Counted from the stretch's first letter, positions 51,026 through 63,715 are shown. The stretch: 64,000 bases of DNA from Raillietiella orientalis (GCA_036172245.1 JAYWIR010000010.1:4216001-4280000); one strand, 5' to 3'. Made by a program: numbers and translations. Notes: generated by a model not told the origin, from the sequence alone.

Positions 51026-54000
51026 CATACACACACACAACAGGGAAAAAAAAAAGAACTCCCCAAATGCAGGATTTCGCCTTCCAATATAAGTGCGCAG
51101 TGGATTTTTCGTGTGGGAATCTTAGACTCGGTGGCGGGTGAACCTGCAAGCGAACCTAAATGCGCCACTTTGGGTACCGGTGCTTCCACAAAGAGAGGGA
51201 TTGACCCCAGCAACCGCTCGAGATTCTGGTTAAACGTGACCCTTATCATGACACTGCAAGCATGAACTCATCGGTTCGAAAAGCTCAGACGAAAGAATGC
51301 TTTTTGTGATGAGATAAAAGAACTTTTTACCGGAAGCTGCCAATTTTTCTGGAGTCGTGAGAACAGTAGAAACGGCGACAAAGTGACCTCGCCAACAGCA
51401 TTCAGTGCACCTTGGCAAGGAAATAAGTAATTCGTTCTAATTTTCAGGAATGCCAAGCTCTCATGTTAGTCAATTAAAACCAAACTGAAAAAACGTTGGT
51501 CCCGAGAGCGGCGGAGGCGTAAAACCCACCCACACATAAAAAAGGAAGCCTTCTCTTAACAACAGGACGATATGAAAGGTACCACGAAGACATCGCCGGT
51601 GCAAAGACTGCGGAACAAAGGGGGAAGGAATTAGCTTTCGTTCGATGTGAGCATTCCATCGACGGTGGCATACCCACCCAGAAGCGCTTGTTCGTTCCGT
51701 AGAGTTGGTCATATGCAGTGCACGCTGTTCTCAGGAACAGTAGGTTATCCGGCAGAGCATTTTTTTTTTTTTTGTTTTTTATTCCTCTTCAGCACGTGAA
51801 TCCCCCCAAAATCAGCATAATTAGGAGGAAGGGTGAGTCCAACGGAAACGAACAAGAAAGAAAAAGAATGCCGCCGCTTTCTGTTGGGGTTTGAGGCCTC
51901 TTCGTCGTGTGTGTGTTTCTTGCCCCATCCCACCCCAACACGAAGCGTTGCCTGCGATGCTGCCTATGCCACCTGCGTCAATGTACAATCACTGGTGCAA
52001 AATCTTCAAGGGGGGGGGGGGGCGAGCAGCCCGTACTATCCGTTATACAGCTCCGTTTCCTCAAGGGAAGCCAGTTTTGTGCGGCCAGTGATGGGATGCG
52101 GTTTCACCCGATCAGTCGACCGACCCAGAGGCAAGAGCTCGGAAGCCGAGGACGAAGGACTTTCGACCGGCAGGTCGACACGAGAAAACCTAGGAGCTAC
52201 TGACGATTCTGGAAGTTCGGAGCGGTCCTGTCCGGTCGAACACACCGAAGCGAACCGAAATGGGGCTGACCCCTGCGACCCGTTTCGGGCGACCGACCGG
52301 AAGGACACAACCTCGTGCTTCGACGACGCGAGTTTCTTTCGCTTCTCTTCGAGAGCCCCAGGTTTCGCTCCTCCTCCGCTTTTAAAGGGAAGTCCACTCT
52401 CATGCCAAGGATAGCCTTTCCGCAGGTTCTTCTTGAAGCATCTCGCAAGTTCATCCTGCAATTCCACGGGATGAAAGGGGAAAGCGGGCACGCGGTGAGG
52501 GAATCAGGAAATCCATCCTTCGCGGCGCCTTCATTCCTGTGACGGGCCTTTGACCGTTCGAGAGGGCTCCGTGGGGAGATTTCCTTGGAACGGCACTTTG
52601 GTTGGACCTACAAGAGGATCTGGCAGTCTGAGGACGGTGGCATCTCCTCCTTCGCTTGCTAAATGGGTGAACGGATGAAGTCTTCATCAAATGGCCCCTC
52701 GACGCTGCTGCGTCCTCCCGATCTCTTCGCGTTTCGCAAGTGCTGCTTTGGTTTCAACGTTTCCTAGGAAGTCACATCATCGTCGTGCATCCCACGCCTG
52801 ATGGGAACGAGGGCCTCACGAGTTGGCGAGCAGAATCCGCCGATCCTTGCCAAACGGTCTGGGTCGCAACGACTCGATGGTTTCAAACCAGAGGAAGAGG
52901 TTGTTTATTCGTGAATCCTGGAACGTTCAGGGAAAAAGGTAATTATTTCTCGCTGGCTTCTTTCTTTCCTTTTTCCCTTTTGGCGGACCGTAGAGTCAGA
53001 CCCCTAAAATCGCGCGAAGGGCCGCTCATCGCTACGCCCTCTGGAAGTTTTCCGTGGTAGAGCTCGTTTCTGAAACCGAAAAGAACGTGGACGTGGTTCT
53101 GCTGCTGAAAGTGAGATCAACGAACGTGAGAAAAGCTGGCAGCGTAGCCAATAATTCGGGGGCCCTCAACTCAACCGTGGTGCGTATCCCCTCATATAGG
53201 ACCTTTGCCTTGCACGGGGTGGAAGCAGGGAGCTTAAATCCTTCCGCCGCAGTCGTCCAAGTCGCATGCTTTGCGGGGACCCATCCGTCCACCACCCCGA
53301 TGTAGTGGTTACCTACGCGTTCGAAGGGTGCGTGAATTACCGAAAGAATTTCACTTGCTTCCTCCGCCAGTATCCAAGAACGAATGTGGCCAATAACGGT
53401 GGAATTCGCCTCTATCATCGTCAGGGACGAGAACGTCAGAAAAGCAAGGCGTCACTCACATCTTAAAGCAATAAAAAGCATCCCCCCCCCCTCTTCTTCT
53501 CGAAAAAGAATGCTCATTTATGGATCTATCTATCTATATGGGAGATCGGAGAGGAGCTCAAATGAAAAGTGGGATTACGAAAGCGCTGTCGTAAGACTGA
53601 CAACTGGAAAACCGAACAAGGGACTTCCTGTTGCGGCTGTCAAGAAAGCGCTCCCCGCTCTGGAACAGGCGTGGCGACAACGGAACGAGGAACGCAGTCG
53701 GAAACGCTCCTTTTGAATCGAGTCCACCACGTGATTCCAACAGGTGACCACGGATAACCTAGCACACAAGATACGGTGGCACACGGGAAGTCACGAGAGA
53801 AGTGAGAGGTTCCGCTGCGGAAGGGAGCGGCCCCGAGGGTTTCCCGAAACGCCAATCCGAAATTCGCGTTCGGAACTGCAGTTGCTAATTTCGGATCGGT
53901 GCCTTCGGAAGTGAAAAGAGGAAGCGGGAAGGGAAGATGAAAAGGGAGAAAACTTTCGTCTCAGCAGACGAACGGAAACAGCAACGATGGCTGTGCATCG

Positions 54001-57000
54001 GAAAGAGCTTTTCTTTTTTGCCGCTTTGCCCGAGATGCTGAGGGGGAAGAGGGGGAAGTGACCATAACGTGCTATTTGCGTTGCAGAAAGAACACCCTTT
54101 CATGCTTCGGGAAGTTCTGTTTCCTCATGTTTTTCAAGTCAGCAAACTGCTTTTATGTAATTTGCACAAGGCTTCTTGCGTTCTTGCAGGCTTCCACGTG
54201 TCCAGACGATGCAACGGTTTGCGGCCTGCGGAGTGACTGCCGTCATGAGCTGGAAGCCAAAGAGAGTAACACGACGGTTATGAACAAGGATGAAGAGGTA
54301 AAGAGATGCTCGGCACGAAATCAGTTCGGAATCGACGTTTTTCTTTTCACAGTGTGACCTCGTTACAAGCAACAGGTCATCGCACGAACCAGAAACTCAA
54401 GGGGACATTCACTGCACTGAAAAGAGACACCGAAGAAGAATGGAAGAAAGGAAAGAAGAAGAAGAAACACCGAATAGTAAGTAGTTGCTGTTGCTCTTTT
54501 TTTTCTAAAAAAAAAAAAAAAAGTACTAAGGAGGTGTTATGGAAAACTCTGTAGTGAGTCTTAGGAACAGACTGCGGAAGGGTAGCGTCCCTTCCCAACA
54601 GCATCTTTCCAAAGCGAGGGATGCAAAACCGAATTTCCGAGAGTTCTCTCGGTTACCTAAGTCTTCTTTTTTGGAGATGTGAAGATGTCATCGCAGTCAC
54701 TTTGAAGCGTTCACGTCTGATACCGATTTCTCCACCGGATACGCATCGGCGTTTACCTTTTTTTTGGGGGGAGGGGAAACTGGACACTGATTCTCTTTTG
54801 CCTCATTTCCGTGTTGCGTGAGCGAAACGCTCCAAGCACTGAGAAATTATTGAACGTCTCATCGAGAGACCTCGGAAGACACCGTGTGCACTCCTCATGG
54901 TCTTGGTGGTTTTCGCGAGGGGGGGGGGTGCATGCCAGGATTCCTCTCCCAGCGTGCTTCACGCGTTCCGTGCAGCCACGCGCGCGAGAGCTGGCGAACA
55001 CCGCGACAGACATCCCGAGTGGAATGCGAAGAGCTGCGAGGGAAGGGGAAAACGGACTTTCGTGAGTTCAGAGCGCTGCAGAAATTTCGCCATCTGCTTT
55101 TAGGCGAAGAAGAGGTGCTATCTGCGTGCCTCAGACCGCGGATGTTCGGAATCTTTGTTTTCTTCCGGCGACCACAGCGTGCAGGAGTCACTTGCTTCAC
55201 GCTGGCATCCAACGCTGGAAGCCGCATCGAACGAGTTCCAGAGGTTCCCTTAAAGGAAAGCACGCGGTAAATCCAGCATCCCTGAGTCTTGGGAATCATG
55301 AGCGAGATGAGATGCGATGACATCCACTGATTCGGGAGGTGCAGCTTATGACCTTCGTTCCGAAGCGACCGGGAAGACACGCATCAAAAACGGTGCACAT
55401 GCCGGCGGGCGCTGGTTCCGTTCTCTGAAAAAGGCAGGCGCAAGAGGAGGAGGAAGCCTCGAACTCGGTGCACCCTTCGCGACCTTCTGAAAGCGCTCTC
55501 GCGCGGGAGGGCGGGTGCACGAGATGCTCGAGACCTTCCTCGCAGCCGAGGAAGCGACTGCTACGTGCGTTCGGTCCGACTGCTCGACGGCAGGGGTGCC
55601 GGCGAGGCCGCGAGGAGAACGCGCGAAAGAAGGGCGTCCACCGGGAAAAATTCGCGGGAGGACGACGGCCATGAGATCCGAACCAGGAAGCACGCCGCCG
55701 TCTCCACGCGCCTCTCGCCTCGACCCGGAGGGAAAGACGGGTCTTCCTCGCCTCTCGCTCGCACGCGACGCGGCCGTCAGGTCGCGCGAAGCAACACGCG
55801 AGAAACAGCACGCCCTTAGGTATGGTAATGGAACTGACCTGCTCGCAGTGAACGAGGATTCTTCCTCCTTTCGTGGCAGCGTCGTCTATGAACTCGATAA
55901 TCCGATTGATGTTTTGCAACAGATCCTGGTCTTTCTCCTCGTGGAGAGGGAGGACCAAATAATCGATAAAGGAAAACACTCTCACGGGTACTGTATGGGT
56001 CAAGCACACGATGTGGGTGAGTTTCATGTCCTTAATGACTACGGGGTTCAGCGCTTGGTCCGTGCGACCGAGGTACAGGAAGGACTCCAGGATGATGGAA
56101 GGGTACCAGTGAAGCACGATGATCCTCCGCCTCACCGACTCCGTCAGCGAGTTCCAGATGTGGAAGGAAGTCTTCTCCAAGGCTGCGAACCCTCCTGCAA
56201 TGCAGCGGGGGTTCAAGTTCCGACCCCTGAGGAACCGGAGCAGTTCCTTCGAGGAGCCGCCGCCGCGAGAGCAGCTTTCGAAACTGAGTCCGTCTTCATC
56301 GTACACTACAATGCACGTGTACAAGGAATAGTCGATGTTGTTCGCGGAGAGCATCCCGCACCATTTCGCCGTGGCAACGTGCTTTCTCCGGAAGGCTTCC
56401 TCGGTTCGAGTGTCTATGATCAGCAGGTAGTGCGGGTTCTTGATGTAGGGGCAGTAGAATCCGTCGAAGAAAAGGTTGTGGAACTGCTGGACGGTTATGC
56501 GGAAACTCTGGTCCAGGTCGTAGAGGGAAAAGCTCCGTGGGCGACGGTTCAGGTTTTCGGTTTCTTCTCTGTAAGATTCTGGAATGGAAACCAACGAGCG
56601 GGTACAGAACGGGAGTCAGTACGGAAGGGGAAAGGGGGAGGGCAGGGGGGATGCACAGCACGCAGAAAACGCCGCTCTTGGCTCGAGGTCACCTCGCGGA
56701 GGCATGTCGCGTCACGCGTGGGAGCGGCTTTTGGCTTCGGACGGGTCCATCGCTGACAGCCACGATCTCCCCGGATCGCCTTGGCGACCGTGGCGCCGTT
56801 GCCGAGAAGTGGTCCGTCACGACTTCACGGCGATCCCGCGAGCGCGCCCGCGGGGAGGGAAAACGCGTACGCGCGCGCACGCACAAAGAGGTTCTCTCGA
56901 ATCCCACCATCGCCCTTTCGGCGCTCCCGACGACTGCGCGCTTCCTCTTCCTCCGCGAAGCTCCGCGGAGGGCGCCGGGAAACTCTGCGCTCCCGGCTTC

Positions 57001-58271
57001 CCGTCCGCCTCCGTCCTTACCCCTCGGTGTTGGCGGGATGTTGCGAAGGTGTGCTCCGCTGCTGGCCGCCTTCTACGGGGGCAATCGGAAGCGTCGCCGT
57101 GGAGAGACTGCACGCTCCAGAGCCACCGCAACTTGGACGACGGGGTGAAAGCAGCATCTTTCTGCTACCCCTCCGCAAGATGGGGGTATCCCCCTTTCTG
57201 CTCCGTTCCCGGGCTGCCGCTCCTCCTTCTCTGGCGAGAGGATACGGCGAGGAGGAGGAGGAGGAGGCTGCGAGAACCCCCGCCGCACGCACAACGTTGT
57301 ATCTTCGGCCTCGGGTGGCTTCGGACGACAGATACAGAGGGGGGTGGCATCGCACAGCCCTGAGCTCCGCGCTGGTGGGGGGGCCAACCGGACCGCCGAC
57401 GCGCAATGGACCTCAGGGAAGTGCGCCCGACGTGCAGGAAGCAGAGATGCGAAGATTCATCCGAAGATGGGAGGCGGGTCGGTTTCCTGGTGGGGGTCCC
57501 CGTGCACTCGAGGACTGCCATCCGCACGAGCGTCCCAGATCCTGGACGGGGCTCGTCTGCCATGGACCACCGAGAGCGGGGAGGCAGCGGTGGGGAAGCT
57601 GCGCGTCTTTCCCTCTTCTTCCTCCCTGCGCTCTCCTGCTTCTCCCTTCTGGAGCGCGACGCGGGGCGTTTCGACTGTCGGGGACGGGAGGGGAGGGGTG
57701 CAGCTCGGTGGGAGGGTGGGGCTGCCGCAGTGAACGGAACCCCCCCGAGATTCCCCGGGCGTCGGAGGAGAGCGCGTGCTCCCTCACTCCCGGAAGCAGA
57801 GGAGCGCCGCCGCTGCTGCCCGGGAAGAGAGACAGGAAGGCGTACGCAACCCTTCGGCGATGGTCAGTTGAGGACGGCTTCCAACTTCGGGGGGAAGAGG
57901 CGGCGCGCCCCACTTTCGCCGTGCGCTATCGATCGAAGCGGCGGCGCAGCAGCCCCAGCCGACGTGATCGAAGCTTCCGGCGGCGGCGGCGGCTCCCCCA
58001 CTGACATGTGGCGCGTGCGCGGAAGGGACGGGAAGAGCCACGGGCCGAGGAGGGGTGGTGGCGGTAGTGGCGAATCCCCCCCTCCCTGCCTCTTTCTCGA
58101 GCGCACCCCACCTTCATCCGGGAAGGTTCAGAAAGTGGCTTCAGAACGCAGCGCTCGTTGCTTCCCCCTCCCTCCCCCCTCCCCTTTCTCCCGACCACAC
58201 AACTTACCGATCTGATAGCTGGAGATCCTCTTGCACAGGTTGCTCTTCTTCCTCGACTGCGAGCAGCCCAT
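46188..58271 (-). CDS. STYXL1: STYXL1/MK-STYX-like rhodanese(CH2) + dual-specificity phosphatase domain protein, 332 aa
   Basis: Exons 58271-58208 (GCCATGG Kozak, MGCSQSRKKSNLCKRISSYQI, GTAAGT donor), 56578-55839 and 46382-46188; phases match, total 999 nt. Motifs: YLLIIDTR..F...HVATA, IVVYDEDG, IAGGF, YPSIILESFLYLG, LTHIV, ILVHCEQ|GVNRGAAVVMGYLM, QLSTLEEQIFGRKLTNIKELW (MK-STYX-type C-terminus). Second intron is 9456 nt. Confidence 0.85.
47055..47170 (+). repeat. Degenerate GACGGC-based low-complexity tandem repeat
   Basis: GACGGCGTGGACGGCGACG occurs twice and ACGAGAGCGACG twice within ~115 bp. Confidence 0.6.
49510..49638. repeat. 21-bp direct repeat with an intervening partial inverted copy
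   Basis: GGGCTCCTCTCCTAGTTGTTC at 49510-49530 and 49618-49638; GAACATGGAGCAGGAGCCC immediately before copy 2 is a degenerate inverted copy. Confidence 0.8.
50975..51039. repeat. Compound microsatellite (GCAC)n-(AC)n
   Basis: Directly visible. Confidence 0.95.
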
Positions 58272-59475
58272 GGCCGCTGCTGCCCGGCGGCGCGCACCTC
58301 ACGGCGGCGCGGATCGCTCGGGTAAGGCACTGGCGCTTCCTGAAACAGCGGACGGCGTATCGATCGGCAGGCGGGGACGCGCGCGCTGCGCCCGGGTAAT
58401 GGCGCTCGCCTTCCCGAGCCGGCATTCCCACCCCACCCCCGCCAACCCCTTGCGCCCGGGGAAGAGAGGAGGGGAAGGGCCTTTGTGTGCCCCCTCCCCT
58501 CCTCCTCCTCCTCGATACTCCCGAATTTCTTCCCCTGTGCGCCCCTTCCCCGTCAGCCCACCCCGCCGTCCCCCGCTCGGAGGGGAAGGGGGGAACGGAA
58601 AGGGGCGCGCCGAGCTCCGCGAACGCAGCAGCTGCAGGGCGCGCGAGGATCTCCCAGGGCAGCAGCGGGCGGGACGTGTCCCAGCGTCCCTTTTCCGCCC
58701 TCCCTCAAGGGCCGAGGCGCGATGGAGGGGAGCGTACGGCTCAAGAGCGCGCCCCGCGCGGCCGTCCTCCTGGAAGACGGGGGGAGGTGAGGGGGACGAG
58801 GGAGGAAGGGGAGAGTCCAGAGAAAGGAATACCTGGGTGCAGTTGTCGCCGCCGCAGCGTCCCGTCGTCCCAGCAGCGGATCGAAGGTGGGAGAAGAAAA
58901 CGGCAAAAAAAAAAAAAAAAAACGCACTCACACACGAAAAGGGCAGGAGCAGGGGGTGAGTCGCGGGTGGGGAGAAGCTTGTTGGGTGCTGCTGCTGCTG
59001 CCGCCGCCTCCGCCGCCTCGGGCAATTGGTCACACCATAATCCGCGAGAAATTTTCAGAGCTCGTCTTCGTCGCCAAAGGACGGGTGGGGTGGGCGAAGG
59101 GGGCAGAGCGAAAAGGGGAAGGAGGGGGGAGAGAGGAACCTCTCCGTCGCTACCGCAAGTGTTCCCGAAGCACGCCTACTCGCCGCCGCCGCCGCCACCG
59201 CGCGGGATGACGTCTCTCCCGTGCTGAGGGCCGCCTTACCCGCGTGTGAGCCGCGGAGGCGAGCTCCCGGCTTCACGAGGCGGCGGTCGGGGGGGAAGTC
59301 GCGCCGCGCATGCGCGCACGCCAGCGAGCTCGGCGGCGTCGCCGCAGTCCGCGAGCGTCCCCCGCGACGGAGGGGCTCGACTGCACGCGTACGAGCTCGC
59401 GTTTCCTTCTCCTCCTCGTCCCCTTCTCCCTCCCCCCTTCCCACCTTGCTGCCGCGACTTGCCCCGCCCCCGCCT

Positions 59476-59566
<91 letters not shown>

Positions 59567-62050
59567 GGGGAGGGACGGCGCGGGGCTCGCGTGCACCCGC
59601 TTAGACGACTTCCTCCAGGGAATGGCGGAGTGACGCTCTCTGCGTCCCTGTCGCGGGAGGACGACGAGCCGCGGTAGCCCTCAATCTCGGCGCCTCCAGA
59701 CCATCCCCCGCACGCTGCTGCTCGCGAGGGAGAAGCCAGGGCGAGGAGGAAGGGGAAGAGGCAGATTGGAGACCGGAAGGAAGCGCGGCGGATCCCTCCG
59801 AGAGAGCCGGCCGGACGCCTCTCTGCGTGGCTGCGCGCACCTCTTCCTCCGGACGCCGGGAGGACGAGAGCGAAGAAGAGCGGACGACACCGCCTCGGGG
59901 GCTTCGCCTGCCACCTCGAGGGTGGCCGGGGCAGCGGGAAGCTGGACGCGGGACCCGGGAAGGCGGGCGAAGGGGTGACGGCGGCGGCGCAACTCTCCCT
60001 TCACCCCACCGGGACAGCATCCCCTATCCGGTGAGGGAAGCCGCCTCAGCGGCGGGGCGCACGCGACGCGCGCTTTTTTTTGTTGCCATCTCGTGGCCAG
60101 TAGCGGAAGCATATCTTGTGGAGAGTCTTTCAACGCCAGAAACGTACTTTCCCTTGACCACCTTTTTGGCCGCCACCCTGAGGAGCAAGGAAACAAGTGG
60201 GGACCTCGCTGGAGAGCGGCCAGTCCTCCCCCCCTCCCCTCCCCCGCGGGAGACGGAGAGGATCCCGGAGATTCCCTCTCGGCTAATTTGCGCCCCCTCT
60301 CCCACCATGCATCCCAGCCCGTTCCTCCTTGCTTGCACGCGCTTGCTGGTTTCTCGTTCGCCGCACCAGTGGTAACCGGGCGAAGGTCTTCGTCGCCTGA
60401 GGCGCTGCTACCCCTGGCGGCAACGAAGGGGAAACCGGGGAGCCACGACGGCAGCAGCCCTCACTGCGCGCCGGTGCAGCCGGGTGGACCCCTCCGATCG
60501 GCTACTCTGCCCCAGGGCGCTCCTCCTCCTCCGCCGAGTCAAGAGCTGTGCGGGCCGCGTCGAGAGTGCGCGTGAAGGACGGGCGGGGGTGAGCCCCTCC
60601 GACCTTGAGGCCCCGCGTGCGGGTGTGAGCGAGCGAAGAGAGAGGAGCGAGACGAGGGCAAGTACAGCGACAGCTCCTCTTCGCCGTCTCCTCCCCACCC
60701 CCCATCACCGATGTCATCGCCGTTGCCGTCATCGTCATTGTGACGATAGCCACCACCACCACCGCTGTTGCTGCCGCTGCTTGCATCAGTGCCATCGACG
60801 CGGCCGCAACCGCAGTCGCTGCCGTCGTCGCCGCCATTCCCTTCTTCCTGAGTTCCTCGCGTGACGACCGGCGAGCAGCTGTCCGCTCGCTGCTCCCGAG
60901 GGAACCAGGGGACGCCCCGCGCGCTTTTTCCGGCTCCCGAGGGAGCAGCGTCCCCCCTCCTCCGTTTCTCTGGCACTGCTTTGGCCGCCCACGGGCACTC
61001 GCAAGGACGAATCCGCCACCAGGAGGCGTGAGTTTCGCTCGTCCGGGGGGTTGGCTTGGGATCGTCCCCTTCTCGTGAGCGGAGACCTCTTCCCTGCTTC
61101 GGGAAGCCCAGGAAGGGAAGCTCGCCTCAGGGCCCCGGATCCGCCTAGCCCCCCAAGTGCCAGAGCCGCTTGCTTCTCTGGAGGAACCGTCACCCCTGCC
61201 GGACCGGTCACGAGCGGTCAAGACCGAACACCTCGTCCATGGGCATCGCGAAGTCACAAGAATTTTCTTGGGGGACCTTCGTTCTCGGCCTTCCCGGCAA
61301 TCGCGCCGCGGGCGACCTTCGATGTGAGGGTGCCCAGGGGACGCGAGCGCCCGGGGAATGCCTCAGGGGCGCACCCTGCGAACACCCCCTGCCCCCTCCT
61401 CCCGGGACGGCGAGGTCGTCTGGACGCCGGCTGCTCTCTGCCACCCGGGGCATGGCGTCGAGGGGTCGCCAAGCTAGCGTCCTCGCGCGACCTGCGGCCG
61501 GTGCTCCCCGAGGGGATCGTCCTGTCGAGGAGAGGGCGGAACTGTACGCTCTCCCCTGACCAAGACGAAGCCTCACCCCTGCGCGAGGCAGGGAGAGGGC
61601 AGCTGCCGACCGGCGGTGCGGACGGAGGGCACGACGATTTGCCATGATGTCCACGGCCCCGAAAAGGGCAAGCAGGGCCGGGCATTCCCGTCCACTGGCT
61701 GCTCGGTGGCTCCCGTGCGTCATGCGCCGCCGTCGCCGCTTCTTTCCGGACGCCATCGTGGCCTCTCGGGATCCGGGAACGCGCGGTTGCTACGGTGACG
61801 ACTCCCGCCGGCGTTCCTTTGCTGGAGGAGCGCCAGCCGTCTCCTTCCTTCCTCTTCCGGGGTCCCCTAGGGCGGAAGTGGGATCGCCCTTCCGTCTCCC
61901 TGGAAAGACGAGGTCTGCTCAAAGCGCTCCTTGTGATGACGACGACGGGGTGCCTGGGAGCGGTTGGCTCGCGTTGTGGCGGCGGCAGCGCACCTCCCAA
62001 ACCCAGGCGAAGGGTTGCCAGCAAAAGTCAAGGGAATGCTGCTAGATGGC
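56600..62050. promoter_or_regulatory. GC/CpG-rich domain covering intron 1, exon 1 and the upstream region of the STYXL1-like gene
   Basis: Very high GC and CpG density by eye, purine/pyrimidine tracts, GCC/GAG triplet runs and a (GA)n tract; ends abruptly near 62090. Confidence 0.5.
59479..59565. repeat. (AG)~43 microsatellite
   Basis: Directly visible. Confidence 0.97.
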
Positions 62051-62399
62051 CTTCAAGAACCCGAGATTGTCCCCAAAAAGCATCTCCCGCTTTTAATACT
62101 CTGGAATTTATTATGATTATTATTATTAAATAATTCAATGTTATTTAATCTTCAGATTCAATAGTACAAAAACAAAATGCAAACGGACAATGAATTCACG
62201 TGAGATTAACGCCATGAAGCCACTGCTGCACGTGCGCGATACTCTTGCAGCGAGAGCGCCGCACTGCCGGTCTCATCGTTCTTAATTAAAAGAAAACGTT
62301 AGACCACTGGAGGTCGCACGAGACCGCGAGGTATTACCACCACTCCCTCGTGATCAGGTAGATCGATATGATGAGGGTAAAGCTCACCCACAGGACGCG

Positions 62400-63715
62400 C
62401 CAACAACTACACGTGGTACAGGATGAACAAGAGAAACCTTCTCCGAAGCCCTCCAGGAAGCCACCAATTGCTACAGGAATGACACTTTCAATTTGTTGGC
62501 GATTGGAGCGACGCTTGGGAGAGTGAATCTGCTGCAGGACACGCCGGATAAATGCCCCAATGTTTTACCACGGAGGAATCCAAAGTGGGTCCAGACTGAA
62601 ACACTTCACCGGCGAGCAAGACGATGAGGATGATTGCAGGGCATGTGGTGACGTGACACGAGACTTCACATCTTGACCTATCCCACAATGCACTAAGATT
62701 GGCAATCCCTGAAAAGGATTATCGGGACTGCCGAACAGCTCGAAGATGGAAGTCCTGGCCGGGATGTTCCAGGGGAACGGAAACGTGCTCCGCTACAACC
62801 AATGATCAGGACGACCATTGCTCTGTTCATCATCGCCATCCTCATACGATGGTGGAAGATGAGAACAGCCAGTGTAGCCTTATCTCCTTTGGAAATCCTG
62901 AAAGGGATTAACCAAAAGGAGATTGGCATCCGGAACTGTGGACGAGGACACACTTGGACGTACCGTTACAGCCTGAAAAGTATTGAGGACACCGTCCAGG
63001 CACGCCCAACGCCCAGTCCCCCCTAGTGCAAAATCCAAGTGCAATGCCCCAAAGGAGTGAATCTCGAACTGAGAATCGGCAAATCTGTGCCCCTCTTTTG
63101 AGTGGACGTGTGTGTAGTATGAATGAAAATAAATCTACCCACCCCTCGGGGACTTCCCACACACTCCTCGGAAGAAGAAGACCTTCCCACACTTATTAGT
63201 AGACTGTTCTGCCCTTCGACCCCTTTGGAATCGTCTCTCGACGATCCTAGGAAAACCGAAGGGCGAATCCAGAGGCATTTTCCGACACCTCCTCCGGCGT
63301 ACCGATCTGCAACCAGCCGCGGTCCGTAGCGGTTCTCTGCTGCTGTGTCCGTGGAATCGTGACATGCTGGAACGCGACAAGGAGAGGGCGAAATGGCAGG
63401 GACGCCATCCACTGGACGAACATCTTTTTGAGGACCGCACCTGGGCAATGCAAGACAGCATTTGCAGCATCCTGAACGGGATGCAGAGGACGTTTCCAGG
63501 CAAACAGTGATTCCATCCCTCCCTCCCCTCCCTAAGAATCCTCCCCCCCTTTTTTTCTTCTCTTGTTTGTTTTTTGTGATTTTCCATCCCCCTCCGCCGA
63601 TGGAACGGACCTTACCGGTCTGCGTACCCGCTTTTGGCAAGTGATCCGCGCGTGGTAGAACCAAATGTTCTACCACGAATCTGTAATATAGATGATTTCT
63701 ATTATAAATTTTTAT
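62400..63715 (+). mobile_element. Decayed 3' part of L1/Tx1-like retrotransposon (copy C)
   Basis: FYHGGIQSGSRLKHFTGEQDDEDDCRACGD (zf-RVT 1, ~62565-62650), IALFIIAILIRWWKMR, KTFPHLLVDCSALRPLWNRLSTILG (zf-RVT 2, ~63175-63255), polypyrimidine UTR, hairpin 63651-63677, TATTATAAATT tail. 5' boundary uncertain. Confidence 0.8.

Noticed and set aside
55296..55838. C-terminal extension of the 432-aa ORF beyond HCEQ
   Set aside because: Read-through into the intron; the DUSP motif is completed by the exon at 46382-46188.
55515..56756. 413-aa + strand ORF
   Set aside because: Antisense shadow of the GC3-rich STYXL1-like exon 2; no recognisable domain.
56700..62050. Many overlapping 150-400 aa ORFs
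   Set aside because: Arg/Pro/Gly/Ala-rich frames expected from high GC; no domain recognised, although a decayed gene cannot be excluded.
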